Shown here piece after piece: positions 19,089-29,204 of a DNA stretch of 64,000 bases. The first letter of the stretch is position 1; each line of letters begins with the position of its first letter. The stretch lies in IMG/VR virus record IMGVR_UViG_3300005095_000072, positions 32,001-96,000 of that record, one strand, 5' to 3'. The DNA comes from a virus. The notes beneath the pieces are model-generated. The model did not search any database and was not told where the DNA came from. It saw nothing but the letters and a program-made list of their open reading frames with translations. A program made the translations under genes and the position numbers.

Positions 19089-19743
19089 AGAGTATTCACA
19101 GAAAGATATAGAGAAAATATATAATCTCTCTATATCGTCCTCTAATAAGAAAAAAGCTTCAAGGTATATCAAAGGTCAAAGAGGGTTAAGAAATACAAAT
19201 ATAGGCTATATACTGAATGAACAGGATTATAAAATTCATAATAGTTTAGTTATCCCCCTTCATAATATATTTGGCAAGGTTGCAGGAGTAGAGCTTCGTA
19301 GTTTAGATGAAGAACAAGTTAGATATAATAAACTATATTCAAATAAATTGTATATCCCTCTATATGGTTTTCCAAATAAACATACAACTTCTAATTATGT
19401 TATTTTAACTGAAGGAGTTTTTGACACTTTATCTTTGATAGAATTAGGTTACAACTCAGTTACAGGGTTAAGAGCTTCTGTATCAAGTTTAGTTTTACAC
19501 TATATGGCTATCTTCTTTGATAAGATAATCATAGCTTTTGATAATGATAGTGCAGGGAGAAATGGAACTAAAAAAATATATGATTTTTATAACAAGTATT
19601 ATTCAGATATTGAGATAGATATATTAGATATTGACTATTCTTTATTTGATGTGAACACTAAAGATATAAATGATATATTTAAGCTATTCAAAGATAAAGG
19701 AAAGAAGTATTTAAAGGAAGTTATAGAAGAGACTTTGTATTAA
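19036..19743 (+). CDS. DnaG-type primase catalytic core (Toprim), no zinc-binding domain
   Basis: LVIPLHNIFGKVAGVELR, ILTEGVFD, IAFDNDSAG, KDIND. Confidence 0.85.
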   Translation: MEKETFKKTPKRTLKLNKEYSQKDIEKIYNLSISSSNKKKASRYIKGQRGLRNTNIGYILNEQDYKIHNSLVIPLHNIFGKVAGVELRSLDEEQVRYNKLYSNKLYIPLYGFPNKHTTSNYVILTEGVFDTLSLIELGYNSVTGLRASVSSLVLHYMAIFFDKIIIAFDNDSAGRNGTKKIYDFYNKYYSDIEIDILDIDYSLFDVNTKDINDIFKLFKDKGKKYLKEVIEETLY

Positions 19744-19770
19744 ATACATAAATTAAAACAAGGAGAACTT

Positions 19771-20466
19771 ATGAAAGTGATAGGCGAAACAGTAGAAAAT
19801 TTTGGAGATACAACTGAAGAGATTATAAAAGAAGAAGAGATAAGAGAAACAACAGAACCTGCAGGGGTTAAAACCAAAGGTAGGTCTTTTTATGGTAATT
19901 TAACAATAACTACATTTGTTAAAGAAAGAGACTTTGAAAAAGGTGAGTTCATACTAGGAGTAGACTTTTCAACAGATAAGCAAGATAGCATAGTAGCTTT
20001 TGAAATAGAGGATAAAAAGCTAACTGATATTTTTAATAAGTCTGTTAATAGTCAAGTTAATAGAAGTGGGTTAGAGATGTTTTTAACTAAAGGTTTCTTA
20101 AAAGCTATTCAAGATAGCATAGACCTAAATAAATTTGAAAAGTCTTTAAATGAAGTCGATGAAAAGTTTAAGGCTAAACTAGAGGAAGTTTATAGTTATG
20201 AAATATCTAATGGATTAATTGAAGAGAAAGAGTCTGATATATCAACTGTCGCTTCAAAAATAGAAGAGGTCGAGCAAAAGAAAGATAAAAAAGATAACCA
20301 ACCTAAGGTAATTGACATATCTCTTGATGAAAAATCCAACACTGGTGATATAGAAGATGATGAAATACCTGAAAATTACCAACCATTGAAGTCTAGTGTA
20401 AAGGTTGATGAAGAGATAGAAGAAAAAGAACCTTCTTTGGAGTCTGTAGCTAAGTTGTCTATATAG
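19771..20466 (+). CDS. hypothetical protein
   Basis: 231 aa ORF with AAGGAG SD and upstream promoter motif. Confidence 0.7.
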   Translation: MKVIGETVENFGDTTEEIIKEEEIRETTEPAGVKTKGRSFYGNLTITTFVKERDFEKGEFILGVDFSTDKQDSIVAFEIEDKKLTDIFNKSVNSQVNRSGLEMFLTKGFLKAIQDSIDLNKFEKSLNEVDEKFKAKLEEVYSYEISNGLIEEKESDISTVASKIEEVEQKKDKKDNQPKVIDISLDEKSNTGDIEDDEIPENYQPLKSSVKVDEEIEEKEPSLESVAKLSI

Positions 20467-20591
20467 CTTAGAACTGCTTAGCAGATGAACAAAATGATAA
20501 GTTGGGTTAGTTTGTTTAGTTAAAAATGTATATATAAATATGAGATTTGCTTTAGCTTATCTCAATAAAAATTCTTAAGTAAGGAGCAGAA

Positions 20592-20987
20592 ATGCCAGAA
20601 GTTAAAGACGAGTGTCAAGTTGTAGAGGTAAATAGCTTAAATGAGTTCAATAAAGTTCTAAATGAGAATGAACTTGTTATGGTAGATTTTTGGGCTGAGT
20701 GGTGTGGACCTTGTCGTATGTTACATCCTGTGTTAGATGAAGTGAAAAAAGAAGCACTTTTTAGAAACAGAGGTTTAGTAATAGCAAAGGTAAATGTTGA
20801 TAAAGCAGAAGAGGTAGCAATCCATAACAATATAAGAAGTATCCCAACTTTGAGATATTTCAAAAATGGTGAGCTACAAAAAGAGACTGTAGGGCTACAA
20901 AGCTTAGATGCTATAAAAGAGGTTATCAATAGTATAGATGATGAAGGTAGAAGAAACCCAACTGTAGAAGATATGCAGTTAAGCTAA
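20592..20987 (+). CDS. trxA: thioredoxin
   Basis: VDFWAEWCGPC, KVNVD, IRSIPTL. Confidence 0.95.
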   Translation: MPEVKDECQVVEVNSLNEFNKVLNENELVMVDFWAEWCGPCRMLHPVLDEVKKEALFRNRGLVIAKVNVDKAEEVAIHNNIRSIPTLRYFKNGELQKETVGLQSLDAIKEVINSIDDEGRRNPTVEDMQLS

Positions 20988-21004
20988 AGCAAGTGCAAAA
21001 GGAA

Positions 21005-21069
21005 AAAGACAGGGAGTTAATTCTCTGTCTTTCTTTAAGTATATAAGAGTATGTTTAAAGACAGACAGA
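21005..21069 (+). terminator. terminator-like hairpin overlapped by a 20-bp hairpin
   Basis: 21005-21016 pairs with 21021-21032. 21024-21043 pairs with 21050-21069 (19 of 20). Confidence 0.6.
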
Positions 21070-21211
21070 ATAAAGGTTAAGGTATATATGGAGAAGTTAA
21101 GAAAGAGATTGAAAGTAGCTAATAGATTAATAGCATTATTTTTAATAGAGTTATTAACTCCTATAACTTTTAAAAGTTTTCATATACAATATCCTAAAAT
21201 GGATAAGAAGT

Positions 21212-21742
21212 TTGAAAATCAATATATCTAAACTCTTATATTATTCTCCATTAAAGAAAAGTAAAAGAGGTAAAGAGGTTATAAGAATTCTTGCTGAAAC
21301 TTATAATAAACCTGAAGACTATATCTTAGAAAGATTTGCTATTTATCTTGGAGCTTTAATTAAAGCAAAAGTTAAAAAAGCTATAAAAACTCAAAGGATA
21401 AAAGGAAGACCTATGAAGATGGTTTATCCTTCTTTGTCTGAAAGCTATAAGAAAAGAAAGAATTATAAAAATAGAGATAAATTTTATTTGAATACTGAGA
21501 TGTTTTATAAAGAACTTAAAGCTTGGAAAAGAGGAGAAAATATTTATATTGGGTTTCCTAAGAGATTAAAGCATAAGAACGGAGCATATTTATCTGATAT
21601 ATTAGTATATCTTGAAAAAGGAACTAGCAGGATACCTCCTAGACCTTTATTTTCAGTAGTAGTTACAAGTATAGCTAAGAACATTATATATTATTTATAT
21701 AGCTTTGTTAAAAAAGTAGCAAAAAACGAAATAAAATTGTAA
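21212..21742 (+). CDS. putative neck/tail-completion protein (HK97 gp10-like)
   Basis: Basic protein with YPSLSESYKKRK and YLEKGTSRIPPRPLF. Confidence 0.6.
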   Translation: MKINISKLLYYSPLKKSKRGKEVIRILAETYNKPEDYILERFAIYLGALIKAKVKKAIKTQRIKGRPMKMVYPSLSESYKKRKNYKNRDKFYLNTEMFYKELKAWKRGENIYIGFPKRLKHKNGAYLSDILVYLEKGTSRIPPRPLFSVVVTSIAKNIIYYLYSFVKKVAKNEIKL

Positions 21743-21753
21743 AAGGGTTTAAG

Positions 21754-22662
21754 ATGAATAGAAAAGTTTATAAGTGTTCTAACTGTGGTGATTTTCATTC
21801 TTTTATTATTAATATATCTGCTGGAAAAACTTTAGCAAGATGTAGTAATTGTAATTGGGTGTATTTAGAGAACGATTTGATAGAAAAAGGTTATCAACCT
21901 ACATCTAATTGTAATGATTTGGTGGATAGTGTATCTTATAGTTTAAAAATTACTTCAATAGAAGAGTTAAAAAACAAACATAACACTAAGCATAGTGCAG
22001 AGAAAATTTTTAATAATTATTTTAGTAATTTCAAAATTACTAAAAATAGTGATGTAAATCCTGCTACACAGATAGCTTGTCAAGTTTATCTAAAACATTT
22101 ATCAAATGATGAGATAAAAGGGCTATTAAGAAACCAAGTTCATAATGCTTATAAAATGTTAAAAGATGCAATGAATCTTTTAGATAATGGGCTTTTAACA
22201 TATTCTAAACCTATATTTAAAGGTCATCAAGTTCCTTATAGTCAAATAGAAGCAACTTTTGACATAATAGCTATTCATTATTACAGAGAGTTAAATCAAG
22301 CTCAACAAGAAGTATATGAGAGCTTAGTAAAAGAACAGGAGAATTTAAAAGCAAAGGCAAAATTTGTTTATTTAGCAGTTAAATTTAAAAAATATCTTAA
22401 CAAGTGGAAAAGAAATCTAAACAATTTAAAGTTAGTAAATAAAATAAAAGAAACTTTATCCCAACCTAATATTTATAAAAAAGATTATATAATTCTTTAT
22501 AGGAGTCAAAAATATATTATATACTTAGATTTGTTCTCTTATAAATATATGAGAGTTGGGCTTAAAATAGGCGAACCTAAAAATGATGAGTTCTATGCAG
22601 ATATATATTTAAACATTGCAGGAAATATAGTTATTGTTAGTAAGCAAACTGTGTATATTTAA
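21754..22662 (+). CDS. hypothetical protein with N-terminal zinc ribbon
   Basis: CSNC...CSNC. Confidence 0.6.
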   Translation: MNRKVYKCSNCGDFHSFIINISAGKTLARCSNCNWVYLENDLIEKGYQPTSNCNDLVDSVSYSLKITSIEELKNKHNTKHSAEKIFNNYFSNFKITKNSDVNPATQIACQVYLKHLSNDEIKGLLRNQVHNAYKMLKDAMNLLDNGLLTYSKPIFKGHQVPYSQIEATFDIIAIHYYRELNQAQQEVYESLVKEQENLKAKAKFVYLAVKFKKYLNKWKRNLNNLKLVNKIKETLSQPNIYKKDYIILYRSQKYIIYLDLFSYKYMRVGLKIGEPKNDEFYADIYLNIAGNIVIVSKQTVYI

Positions 22663-22694
22663 TATGAAAATTCTATAAATTGTAAAGGTATAAA

Positions 22695-23162
22695 ATGGAT
22701 TATATAGTAGATGGAGTAAAGATTTTAGAAATTATGAAGCACGAGCCTAAACCATTACCTTGTGAAAAATGTTATGGCTCATGTTGTGGTAAGAAAGTAC
22801 ATTTCTCTAAAAAAGATTTAAAGAGGATACAAAAGAAATACACTTCTTTAATTGAGAAATTAAAAATATATGCAGTTCAATTAGATAAAAAGACTTTTCA
22901 GTTTGAATCAGATTTAGAGAGTTATAAAAAAGATTGGTATTGTATCTTTTATGATAAAAATAGTAACAAATGTTTGATATATGAGGAAAGACCTCAGGTA
23001 TGTAGAATGTATGGAAAGTCTAAACTATTATTATGTCCTTTTGAAGGGATGGATTATGTACCTGAAAAAGGAAGTGCAGAAGAACAAGATTTAGTTATAC
23101 AAACTCAGATTAAACAATCTCAAACTTTGTTAGGTAGTTTTAATAAACTAGCAAATATATAA
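22695..23162 (+). CDS. YkgJ-family CxxCxxCC cysteine-cluster protein
   Basis: CEKCYGSCC...CIFYD...CLIYEERPQVCRMY. Confidence 0.85.
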   Translation: MDYIVDGVKILEIMKHEPKPLPCEKCYGSCCGKKVHFSKKDLKRIQKKYTSLIEKLKIYAVQLDKKTFQFESDLESYKKDWYCIFYDKNSNKCLIYEERPQVCRMYGKSKLLLCPFEGMDYVPEKGSAEEQDLVIQTQIKQSQTLLGSFNKLANI

Positions 23163-23179
23163 ATTCTAGGAGGAAAAAG

Positions 23180-23521
23180 ATGGGAGATTTTTTAAATATA
23201 AGACATTATTTAGAAAATATAATAGATAGAGTGGAGGATTTAAAAGCAGGTCTTGATGAAGAGAATTTAATAAAGATAAAATGTAGTGATATATGGGATG
23301 GGATAGCAGGTAATATTTATCTTGATAAAGATATGAGAATGATATATCTAACAAGTGAAACTACATTTAAAAGATTATATAAAGAAACTGAGTTCTCTAA
23401 TATAAATGAAAGCTCTTGGTTAGTTTTTAAAATAGAAGATACTGAACTATTTGCAATAGATATAGATTATTCTATTGTCTTAGAAGATATTTACCAAAGA
23501 TTTACAGAGGAAGAACTGTGA
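23180..23521 (+). CDS. hypothetical protein
   Basis: 113 aa ORF with AGGAGG SD. Confidence 0.65.
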   Translation: MGDFLNIRHYLENIIDRVEDLKAGLDEENLIKIKCSDIWDGIAGNIYLDKDMRMIYLTSETTFKRLYKETEFSNINESSWLVFKIEDTELFAIDIDYSIVLEDIYQRFTEEEL

Positions 23522-24324
23522 GGCAAAGAACTATAAAAGATATGTTAGATATATTTCATCAGATAGCTAGTAATGGTTATTCTTTAAATCAAGTATATTC
23601 AGATTTTTTAGAGATAACTGCTATTTCTTTTAGAACTTCTGTTGTAGATGAAAAAACAAGAGAGAAGATAGAAGAACAATATAGTAGATTTTTAGATAAA
23701 TATAAAGCAGATAATATGAAATTGTTTGCTAAAGTTTTAGCAGTACTAGTTGAGTTACAAGAACAAGAGTATAGAGATTATTTAGGAGAGTTAGCAAGTG
23801 AAGTTGCTATATTGAGTAATAAGAAAGGTCAAGTCTTTACACCTTTACATATTTCAGATATGATGGTAAAAATGACTTTAAATCAAGATAGTATTAAGAA
23901 AGCATATAAAGAACAGGGTTATATAACTATTTTAGAACCCTCTGCAGGGACTGGTGCATTTTTAGTATCTATAGCTAGACAAGGAATAAAAGGGGAGTTA
24001 CCTTGTAATTTTCAAAAGGAAATAAAGATTCAAGCTTGGGAACTAGATAGAACTGTTTTCTTTGGACTGTATATTCAAGCTTGTCTATTAGGGTTAGATG
24101 CTGAGATAATAAATGGAAACACTTTAACAAGAGAGGTTTATGAAAGATGGATAACTCCTGTATCTCATATAAATAGAATGGAAAGCATTATATCTAATAT
24201 TTTTACTAAACCTAAAGAACAGGATATATTTAAAGATAGTGATGTTAAACTTGATAGGTCTATAAAAGATAGGATAGCAAAGATGAGTGAGAGACTAAAA
24301 AGAGGTGATTTTGATGAAGATTAA
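23518..24324 (+). CDS. HsdM-like N6 DNA methylase homolog lacking catalytic motif IV
   Basis: DYLGEL, KGQVFTP, ILEPSAGTGAFL, AWELD, INGNTL; no NPPF/Y follows. Confidence 0.75.
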   Translation: MRQRTIKDMLDIFHQIASNGYSLNQVYSDFLEITAISFRTSVVDEKTREKIEEQYSRFLDKYKADNMKLFAKVLAVLVELQEQEYRDYLGELASEVAILSNKKGQVFTPLHISDMMVKMTLNQDSIKKAYKEQGYITILEPSAGTGAFLVSIARQGIKGELPCNFQKEIKIQAWELDRTVFFGLYIQACLLGLDAEIINGNTLTREVYERWITPVSHINRMESIISNIFTKPKEQDIFKDSDVKLDRSIKDRIAKMSERLKRGDFDED

Positions 24325-24439
24325 AAATTATTCTCAAAATTGGATTTTAAGAGCTAAAGATAGTTATCATAAGTTAGAGAGTGTTTTAGATGTTTTCTTT
24401 CTTAAAATAGCTAATTTTGTTAAGTTGTAAGGAAATAAG

Positions 24440-25135
24440 ATGAGTAAAGAGAAAAGAAAAAATTTATATATCAATACAGAGGGGTTAGATAAGTCAGGTA
24501 AATCAACTTTACTGAATCAAATAAATGGTTACTTTAATAGTAAATTTTTTACAGTAGCAGAGGAACTAGAAATTGGTAAAGAGAGTCCATTTGACTTAAG
24601 TAGAGCTATAAGGTCTTATTTGTCTTTTAGCTCCGAAGAACTTGTCATAGATAAAGAATTATATAATAAGATGGCAGGGATTTTATTTACAGCAAATAGA
24701 TTTAGGCTTGAAGCTTATGTAAAATCTCAAACAACAGTTAAACATCTTATTATGGGTAGAGGTATAGTATCAACTTTAGTATATGCAGAGATAGATGATT
24801 TACATTATAATAATTTGATAAAAGAAATAAACTTAACTAAGCAGTTAATCACTCAACCTGATATTATATTTTACCTCGATATAGATATGAACACTTATAT
24901 AAATAGATTAGGTAATAACTATTCTGAGTTAGAGAGCTATGAAGCAGATATACATAGTTTTAACAAATATAAAGCTCGTTATGCTAAATACCTTGATGTT
25001 ATGGAGAAAAGTGGAGTACAGGTTATTAAGTTAGATGGTAGGGATAAACCTGAAATTATCTATAACAATTTTGTTATAGAGATAATAAAAGCAAGACCAG
25101 ATTTAAACAATAAAAATAGTATATATTTTATATAA
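24440..25135 (+). CDS. tmk: thymidylate (dTMP) kinase
   Basis: EGLDKSGKST, LFTANR, STLVY, PDIIFYLDID. Confidence 0.85.
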   Translation: MSKEKRKNLYINTEGLDKSGKSTLLNQINGYFNSKFFTVAEELEIGKESPFDLSRAIRSYLSFSSEELVIDKELYNKMAGILFTANRFRLEAYVKSQTTVKHLIMGRGIVSTLVYAEIDDLHYNNLIKEINLTKQLITQPDIIFYLDIDMNTYINRLGNNYSELESYEADIHSFNKYKARYAKYLDVMEKSGVQVIKLDGRDKPEIIYNNFVIEIIKARPDLNNKNSIYFI

Positions 25136-25147
25136 AGAGGATTAAAT

Positions 25148-25375
25148 ATGAGACTAGAGGGTATTAAAACAGGTAAAAGTTTTATGTTCGCTGAGATTGA
25201 GTTACTTGCAGATAAAATGAACTTTAAGTTAGAAGAGTTGGGGGGAAATATTATAGGTAAAAACTTTTTAGTATTGGAAAATCCTTATAAAAAAGATGAA
25301 CTATATTCTTTTATTTTAACTGATGTTAATCCTGCTTACATTTATACTTGTATTTATGCAAATAGTAAGGATTAG
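25148..25375 (+). CDS. hypothetical protein
   Basis: 75 aa ORF with GAGG SD. Confidence 0.55.
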   Translation: MRLEGIKTGKSFMFAEIELLADKMNFKLEELGGNIIGKNFLVLENPYKKDELYSFILTDVNPAYIYTCIYANSKD

Positions 25376-25378
25376 TCT

Positions 25379-25987
25379 GTGAGTAAACACTTAAAAGGAA
25401 CTTCTTTAGCAGGTGGTAGTAATATACACCAAAGGGTAGAAAATGATTTTTATGCAACTGACCCAAAATCTGTAGAAGATTTGCTTATAAATTATGATAT
25501 TGATGGAAGTTCTTTTTATGAACCTTGTTGTGGGCAAGGTCATATATCTAAAGTGTTAGAATGGTATTATCCTAAAGCTAAACATTATGCATCTGATTTA
25601 GTATATAGAGGTTATGGACAGGGAAATATAGATTTTTTAAATACAAGCATTAATAACTTACCTATTAAAGGTAAAAAAGTAGATTGGATAATAACTAACC
25701 CACCTTTTAAGTTAGCACAAGAGTTTATAGATAAAAGCTTACAACTTACAAATATTGGTGTAGCTATATTCTTGAAAATTCAGTTTTTAGAAGGACAAAA
25801 AAGAAAAGAATGGCATCAAAAATTACCTTTGAACTTTGTATATGTTTTTAGCTCAAGGCAGTTAGTTCTTAATAATGGAGAGAGGATTAACCCTAAAACA
25901 GGAAAAGAATGGTCAAGTACTATGTGCTTTGCTTGGTTTATCTGGAAACATGGGTATAGTGGAGAACCAATAATAAGGTGGGTATGA
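25379..25987 (+). CDS. N6-adenine DNA methyltransferase (small, phage type)
   Basis: DFYAT, EPCCGQG, IITNPPF, FAWFIW. Confidence 0.85.
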   Translation: MSKHLKGTSLAGGSNIHQRVENDFYATDPKSVEDLLINYDIDGSSFYEPCCGQGHISKVLEWYYPKAKHYASDLVYRGYGQGNIDFLNTSINNLPIKGKKVDWIITNPPFKLAQEFIDKSLQLTNIGVAIFLKIQFLEGQKRKEWHQKLPLNFVYVFSSRQLVLNNGERINPKTGKEWSSTMCFAWFIWKHGYSGEPIIRWV

Positions 25988-26460
25988 TGAAAAAAGAAAT
26001 AGATGATAGCTTTGTAACAGCTTGGGGGCAGGTTACTTTAAAAACAGATGCTAGTGGCAGTAGGTTAAAAGATTTTAATTTCAGACAATTTATGGCAAAG
26101 TTTATGTATGAACCTATTTTTTCAAATTTTGAAGAAACTTTTAAAAGTGCATTAGAGAAACAACTAGAGGGTTACATGCCTAACCACTTGAGAAAATATG
26201 TTAAATATGAGATAATACAAGATAAAAGTAATGTATCTATTGTACCTAAAAATGTATTTACAATTTTTCTTATGATGGGTAAAATACAATATGCTTTAGA
26301 TAAAATCCCTGAACTTTATTATGATAAAGAAAGATATGAAGATAACAAATTTCTTGTATATTATTTTAGAGATGAAAACAATGAAGGGTTTAATTTTATA
26401 AGAAAAGAAGAACTTGCTATAAAAAATATAATTTTAAATGAAGATAAGAAAAAGGATTAA
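25984..26460 (+). CDS. hypothetical protein
   Basis: ORF overlapping the upstream stop (ATGA). Confidence 0.6.
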   Translation: MMKKEIDDSFVTAWGQVTLKTDASGSRLKDFNFRQFMAKFMYEPIFSNFEETFKSALEKQLEGYMPNHLRKYVKYEIIQDKSNVSIVPKNVFTIFLMMGKIQYALDKIPELYYDKERYEDNKFLVYYFRDENNEGFNFIRKEELAIKNIILNEDKKKD

Positions 26461-26462
26461 AA

Positions 26463-27122
26463 ATGGAAGTAGAACTGTTACACAATACACCTTTACACAT
26501 AGCGAGTAAAGCTATAAGAACTGCTTGGCAGAGTTTTGATAAAAGTGATAACGGAGGACAAAAAGATAAAGAGCTTATAGATAGAGTAGGGAATAAGTTT
26601 AAACATAGTTCAACTTTAGAGCATCTGGTTTATACTTTTTATATTAAAGGAATAAGTAGAGCATTATTACAGGAATTAGCAAGGCATAGGATAGCAAGTC
26701 TTACCGTAAAATCAACTAGATACACATTAAAAGAATTGAAAGAGGAAAAAATAAAGTGGTTTAATATAGCAGGTGAAGTTACAGATGAAGCATACAACCT
26801 TGTAGAGAAATATTGTGTATTACCTAAAGACTTAGATTTTGAAGATGAAGTTAAATTTAAAATTGCTTTAGCTAATTCTTTAGGAACAATAGCTAACTCT
26901 AAATTATCAAATGATAGGATAAAGTATTTACTGCCTGAAAGTTATAAAACAGAGCTTACTTACACTATAAATGCTAGAAGCTTACAGAACTTTTTAAGTT
27001 TAAGAAGTGATAAATCGGCTTTATGGGAGATTAGGATATTAGCTCGTAAGTTGTATGAAGCTTTACCTAATGAACATAAATATTTATTTGGAGATTGTAT
27101 GAAGGATATAAAAAGAACTTAA
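26463..27122 (+). CDS. thyX: flavin-dependent thymidylate synthase
   Basis: HSSTLEH, ISRALLQELARHRIASLTVKSTRY, NARSLQNFLSLR, ALWEIR; Campylobacterota-like N-terminus. Confidence 0.95.
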   Translation: MEVELLHNTPLHIASKAIRTAWQSFDKSDNGGQKDKELIDRVGNKFKHSSTLEHLVYTFYIKGISRALLQELARHRIASLTVKSTRYTLKELKEEKIKWFNIAGEVTDEAYNLVEKYCVLPKDLDFEDEVKFKIALANSLGTIANSKLSNDRIKYLLPESYKTELTYTINARSLQNFLSLRSDKSALWEIRILARKLYEALPNEHKYLFGDCMKDIKRT

Positions 27123-27173
27123 AACATATTTTGATGAGTATTTAAGTATAGTGTAAAAATAGGAACATATAAA

Positions 27174-27509
27174 ATGAGTAAAAATAAAGACTGGAGAAAT
27201 AGTAGAATCTATAGAATATGGAAGATAACTGTTATAAGAAGAGATAGAGTTTGTCAAGTATGTGGCAGTAGAAAAAAGAGACAAGCACATCATATAAATT
27301 CTGCCAGATATTTTCCTCATTTAAGGTTTATAGCAGACAATGGTATATGCTTATGTTATAGTTGTCATTTTCATTTTTATCATATATTATTTAAAGGCGG
27401 AACTAAAAAGAAAACAACTAAAGAGGATTTTGTTAAATTTATGGAGATAGCAAAACATTATATTGAAGTAGGTAAAGGATTAAAAGGTGAGTCAAAAGGA
27501 AATATCTAA
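27174..27509 (+). CDS. HNH endonuclease
   Basis: RRDRVCQVCG..AHHI..DNGICLCYSCH..H. Confidence 0.85.
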   Translation: MSKNKDWRNSRIYRIWKITVIRRDRVCQVCGSRKKRQAHHINSARYFPHLRFIADNGICLCYSCHFHFYHILFKGGTKKKTTKEDFVKFMEIAKHYIEVGKGLKGESKGNI

Positions 27510-29094
27510 AGAACAGGTAGATTTATTTCATGTATCTAAGGTAAATAAGTTATCTAAAGCAAGACTTCATAAGTTAAGAGATATGGTGATATTTAAAAAC
27601 TCTCCATATCTTAATAAAGAAACTTTTGAAAAAGCATATAACAAATATAAAAAATATGTTAATTATAAATGGAAGAACTTACTTCATAAATCAGATGAAG
27701 AGTTATCTCAAATAATGATGGCTTGTGCTTATAATTATTATCTCAACAAAGACCATTATTTAAAACAAAGACCAGATGCAAATACAAGAGATTTAACTTT
27801 ATTCTTAGATACTAGATTATCTAAAGCCTATGATAGAAAAAATAAAATGTTATTGAAAAATAAGCTAGGTATAGTATTTCTTAATTATTTTGTTAAGGAA
27901 TTTATCATAGCAACCAGGGTAGATGGTAAAGAAGATAAGTCAGTATTGAAAACATCTGAAAATTGGAAACAGTTGTATAGAACTACAATAAAAACAGTTT
28001 ATCTTGGAGATGACCCAACCCCTGCAAATATATTTTCTACATTGAGGTTTAGTGATGGAGCACAGATACCATCTAATTTTAGACCTTTAAGTGCAGGTTG
28101 GATATTTTATAATTATGGTTTTTTACCTAATAAAGATAAAACTAAAGATATATATTTGCATTGTAGCTCTGAAGGGTTTTTAGGAAGATTGTTGTCGACT
28201 TTTTATATAGCATACCATAATCCTAATTATAATATACATTACTATACTATAGACCCAAATATTAATGTAGTAAAAGCTTTTGATGAAGTGGTAGAGTTTC
28301 TTAAAGATTATGGAAAAGTTAAGAACTGGTTTCCTAAGATTTTTAATATAGGTTCTGAACAAGATGAAGCTGATTTTTATAAATTGTATGGTAAGAAGTT
28401 CCATGTATCATTCACAAGCCCACCTTATTTTAATTTAGAAAAATATGCAGAGACTTATACAATACAGGCAGTCTTAGACATTGAAAATAAAACCAAAAAA
28501 GAATACTATGTAATTGATGATAAAAAAGAAAATATTACTTATATAGAAGCATTGAAGTTATATAGAAAGGGCAACACTGTTTTGTATAAAGATAATAATT
28601 TTAATATAGAAGAGAAACATAGTGAGAGTGATAAAATAGAAATAATAGATAGAGGTCAATACAGACAAGAACTTGCTAGTAAGTTAAAAATAGGTGATAA
28701 GATAAAGAGAAACAACTTGGTATATAAGATTATTAAAGTGAATAAAGTAGGTCAATCAATGAGATTTAAATCTTATGATGCTTGGAATGAGTATTTTTTG
28801 AGACCAACTGTAAAGAACATATATAACTGTTTAAACGATAGTTGTTATTTGTTGTTAAATGTAGTTAATATAAAAACTCATCCAACTTTAGAAAATGATA
28901 CCATTAGAATAGCAAAAGAGAATAATTTTAAACATATAGATACATTGAAGTTCAAAATACAAAGAGTACCGGGTTCTGTTAAACTTAAAGATGGTAGCAC
29001 AGTTCTCCTGAAAGAGTTTAAGAAAGATTGGGAACCGATATTTGTATTTCAAAAAGGAGAAGATAAAAATAAAGTTGTTAAATCTGACGAGTAA
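27487..29094 (+). CDS. DNA methyltransferase (SPPY) with an insertion of about 100 aa
   Basis: SNFRP, degenerate motif I CSSEGFLGRLL, IDPN, FTSPPYFNLEKY, WNEYFLRP, EPIFVFQK. Confidence 0.75.
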   Translation: MSQKEISKEQVDLFHVSKVNKLSKARLHKLRDMVIFKNSPYLNKETFEKAYNKYKKYVNYKWKNLLHKSDEELSQIMMACAYNYYLNKDHYLKQRPDANTRDLTLFLDTRLSKAYDRKNKMLLKNKLGIVFLNYFVKEFIIATRVDGKEDKSVLKTSENWKQLYRTTIKTVYLGDDPTPANIFSTLRFSDGAQIPSNFRPLSAGWIFYNYGFLPNKDKTKDIYLHCSSEGFLGRLLSTFYIAYHNPNYNIHYYTIDPNINVVKAFDEVVEFLKDYGKVKNWFPKIFNIGSEQDEADFYKLYGKKFHVSFTSPPYFNLEKYAETYTIQAVLDIENKTKKEYYVIDDKKENITYIEALKLYRKGNTVLYKDNNFNIEEKHSESDKIEIIDRGQYRQELASKLKIGDKIKRNNLVYKIIKVNKVGQSMRFKSYDAWNEYFLRPTVKNIYNCLNDSCYLLLNVVNIKTHPTLENDTIRIAKENNFKHIDTLKFKIQRVPGSVKLKDGSTVLLKEFKKDWEPIFVFQKGEDKNKVVKSDE

Positions 29095-29204
29095 TGATTT
29101 AACAAAATCAGGATAGAGCTATCTTAAAGATAGAGGGGATTCGGGAGGGCGAAAAACAGTTGTATGACTTTGGACGGTTATATGACTTAGAAAAGGAGTC
29201 CATT

